Assembly (NCBI GenBank): GCA_028534125.1
Contig: CM052818.1
Coordinates: forward strand, 14,882,001 to 14,946,000
Length of the DNA: 64,000 nucleotides
Direction of reading: 5' to 3'
Origin: Lama glama
Taxonomy: Eukaryota
Positions 63,652 to 64,000 of this stretch are shown piece after piece (within the stretch, counting starts at the first letter, position 1; every line of letters starts with the position of its first letter). The notes beneath the pieces were generated by a model. That model did not search any database. It was not told the DNA's origin and worked only from the letters and a program-made list of their open reading frames with translations. Position numbers and translations under genes: made by a program.

Positions 63652-64000
63652 GTAAAGTGCTTCCTTGTTAGTTTCTCTGCACACACATTATCCATGATGT
63701 TTTGTAAGAAACCATTTATACTGATAGTTTCCTATATACTCTGGATCTTCTGCTTTGATAAAGCTGCTGCTACCACTGCCTCTGCCAGAGCCACGTCTAC
63801 TCATCCATAATTACTAAAATTTTGCAGAGACTTTGCTACCTTGTTTATTTGAGGTCTTTTCGTAGCAAGGATAGTACCATAGCTGCTGCTTCATCTTTTT
63901 TTTTTTTTTGAAATTACCATAGCTTTTATCAGTCCTAGTCCAGTGGAAGTATTGTCAGTGTAGTCAGGATAGTTAAATTTTATGCTTATATTTCACTAGC

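Noticed and set aside
1..64000. Non-exonic ORFs of 60-135 aa in the six-frame track
   Set aside because: They have low-complexity F/L/I-rich composition, often lie in antisense L1 or on the opposite strand of exons, and show no recognisable domain. This is expected noise in AT-rich introns.
1..64000. CRISPR array, rRNA or prokaryotic/viral system
   Set aside because: No repeat-spacer periodicity, rRNA similarity or dense coding. The window is mammalian exon-intron DNA throughout.

Overview
This is AT-rich mammalian genomic DNA lying entirely within one + strand gene, PSME4 (proteasome activator PA200/Blm10 homologue). I located 42 consecutive coding exons, numbered 4-45 against my recollection of the human gene. 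They total 4,897 nt (about codons 167-1799 of a 1,843-aa protein) and splice into one uninterrupted frame with consistent phases. All introns are GT-AG except one GC-AG. Exons 1-3 and the C-terminal YYA exon lie outside the window. The introns carry ordinary mammalian repeats (MIR, L2, old and young L1, hAT/Tigger DNA transposons, LTRs). Two tRNA-Ala-like SINEs of vic-1 type, with no Alu/B1/Bov-A/PRE-1/Can-SINE seen, suggest a camelid genome. Non-exonic ORFs in the track are noise. I found no clearly new biological system. The best leads are all inferences. (1) The repeat-poor 7.1-kb intron 20 holds a candidate 3-nt microexon, a candidate 61-nt poison exon and a CTCF motif. (2) There is a CNC-sMaf/AP-1 motif cluster around exon 41. 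(3) An L1 appears to have inserted into the exon 29 polypyrimidine tract. (4) Two human phosphosite contexts are altered. Repeat family names and boundaries are by eye and approximate.
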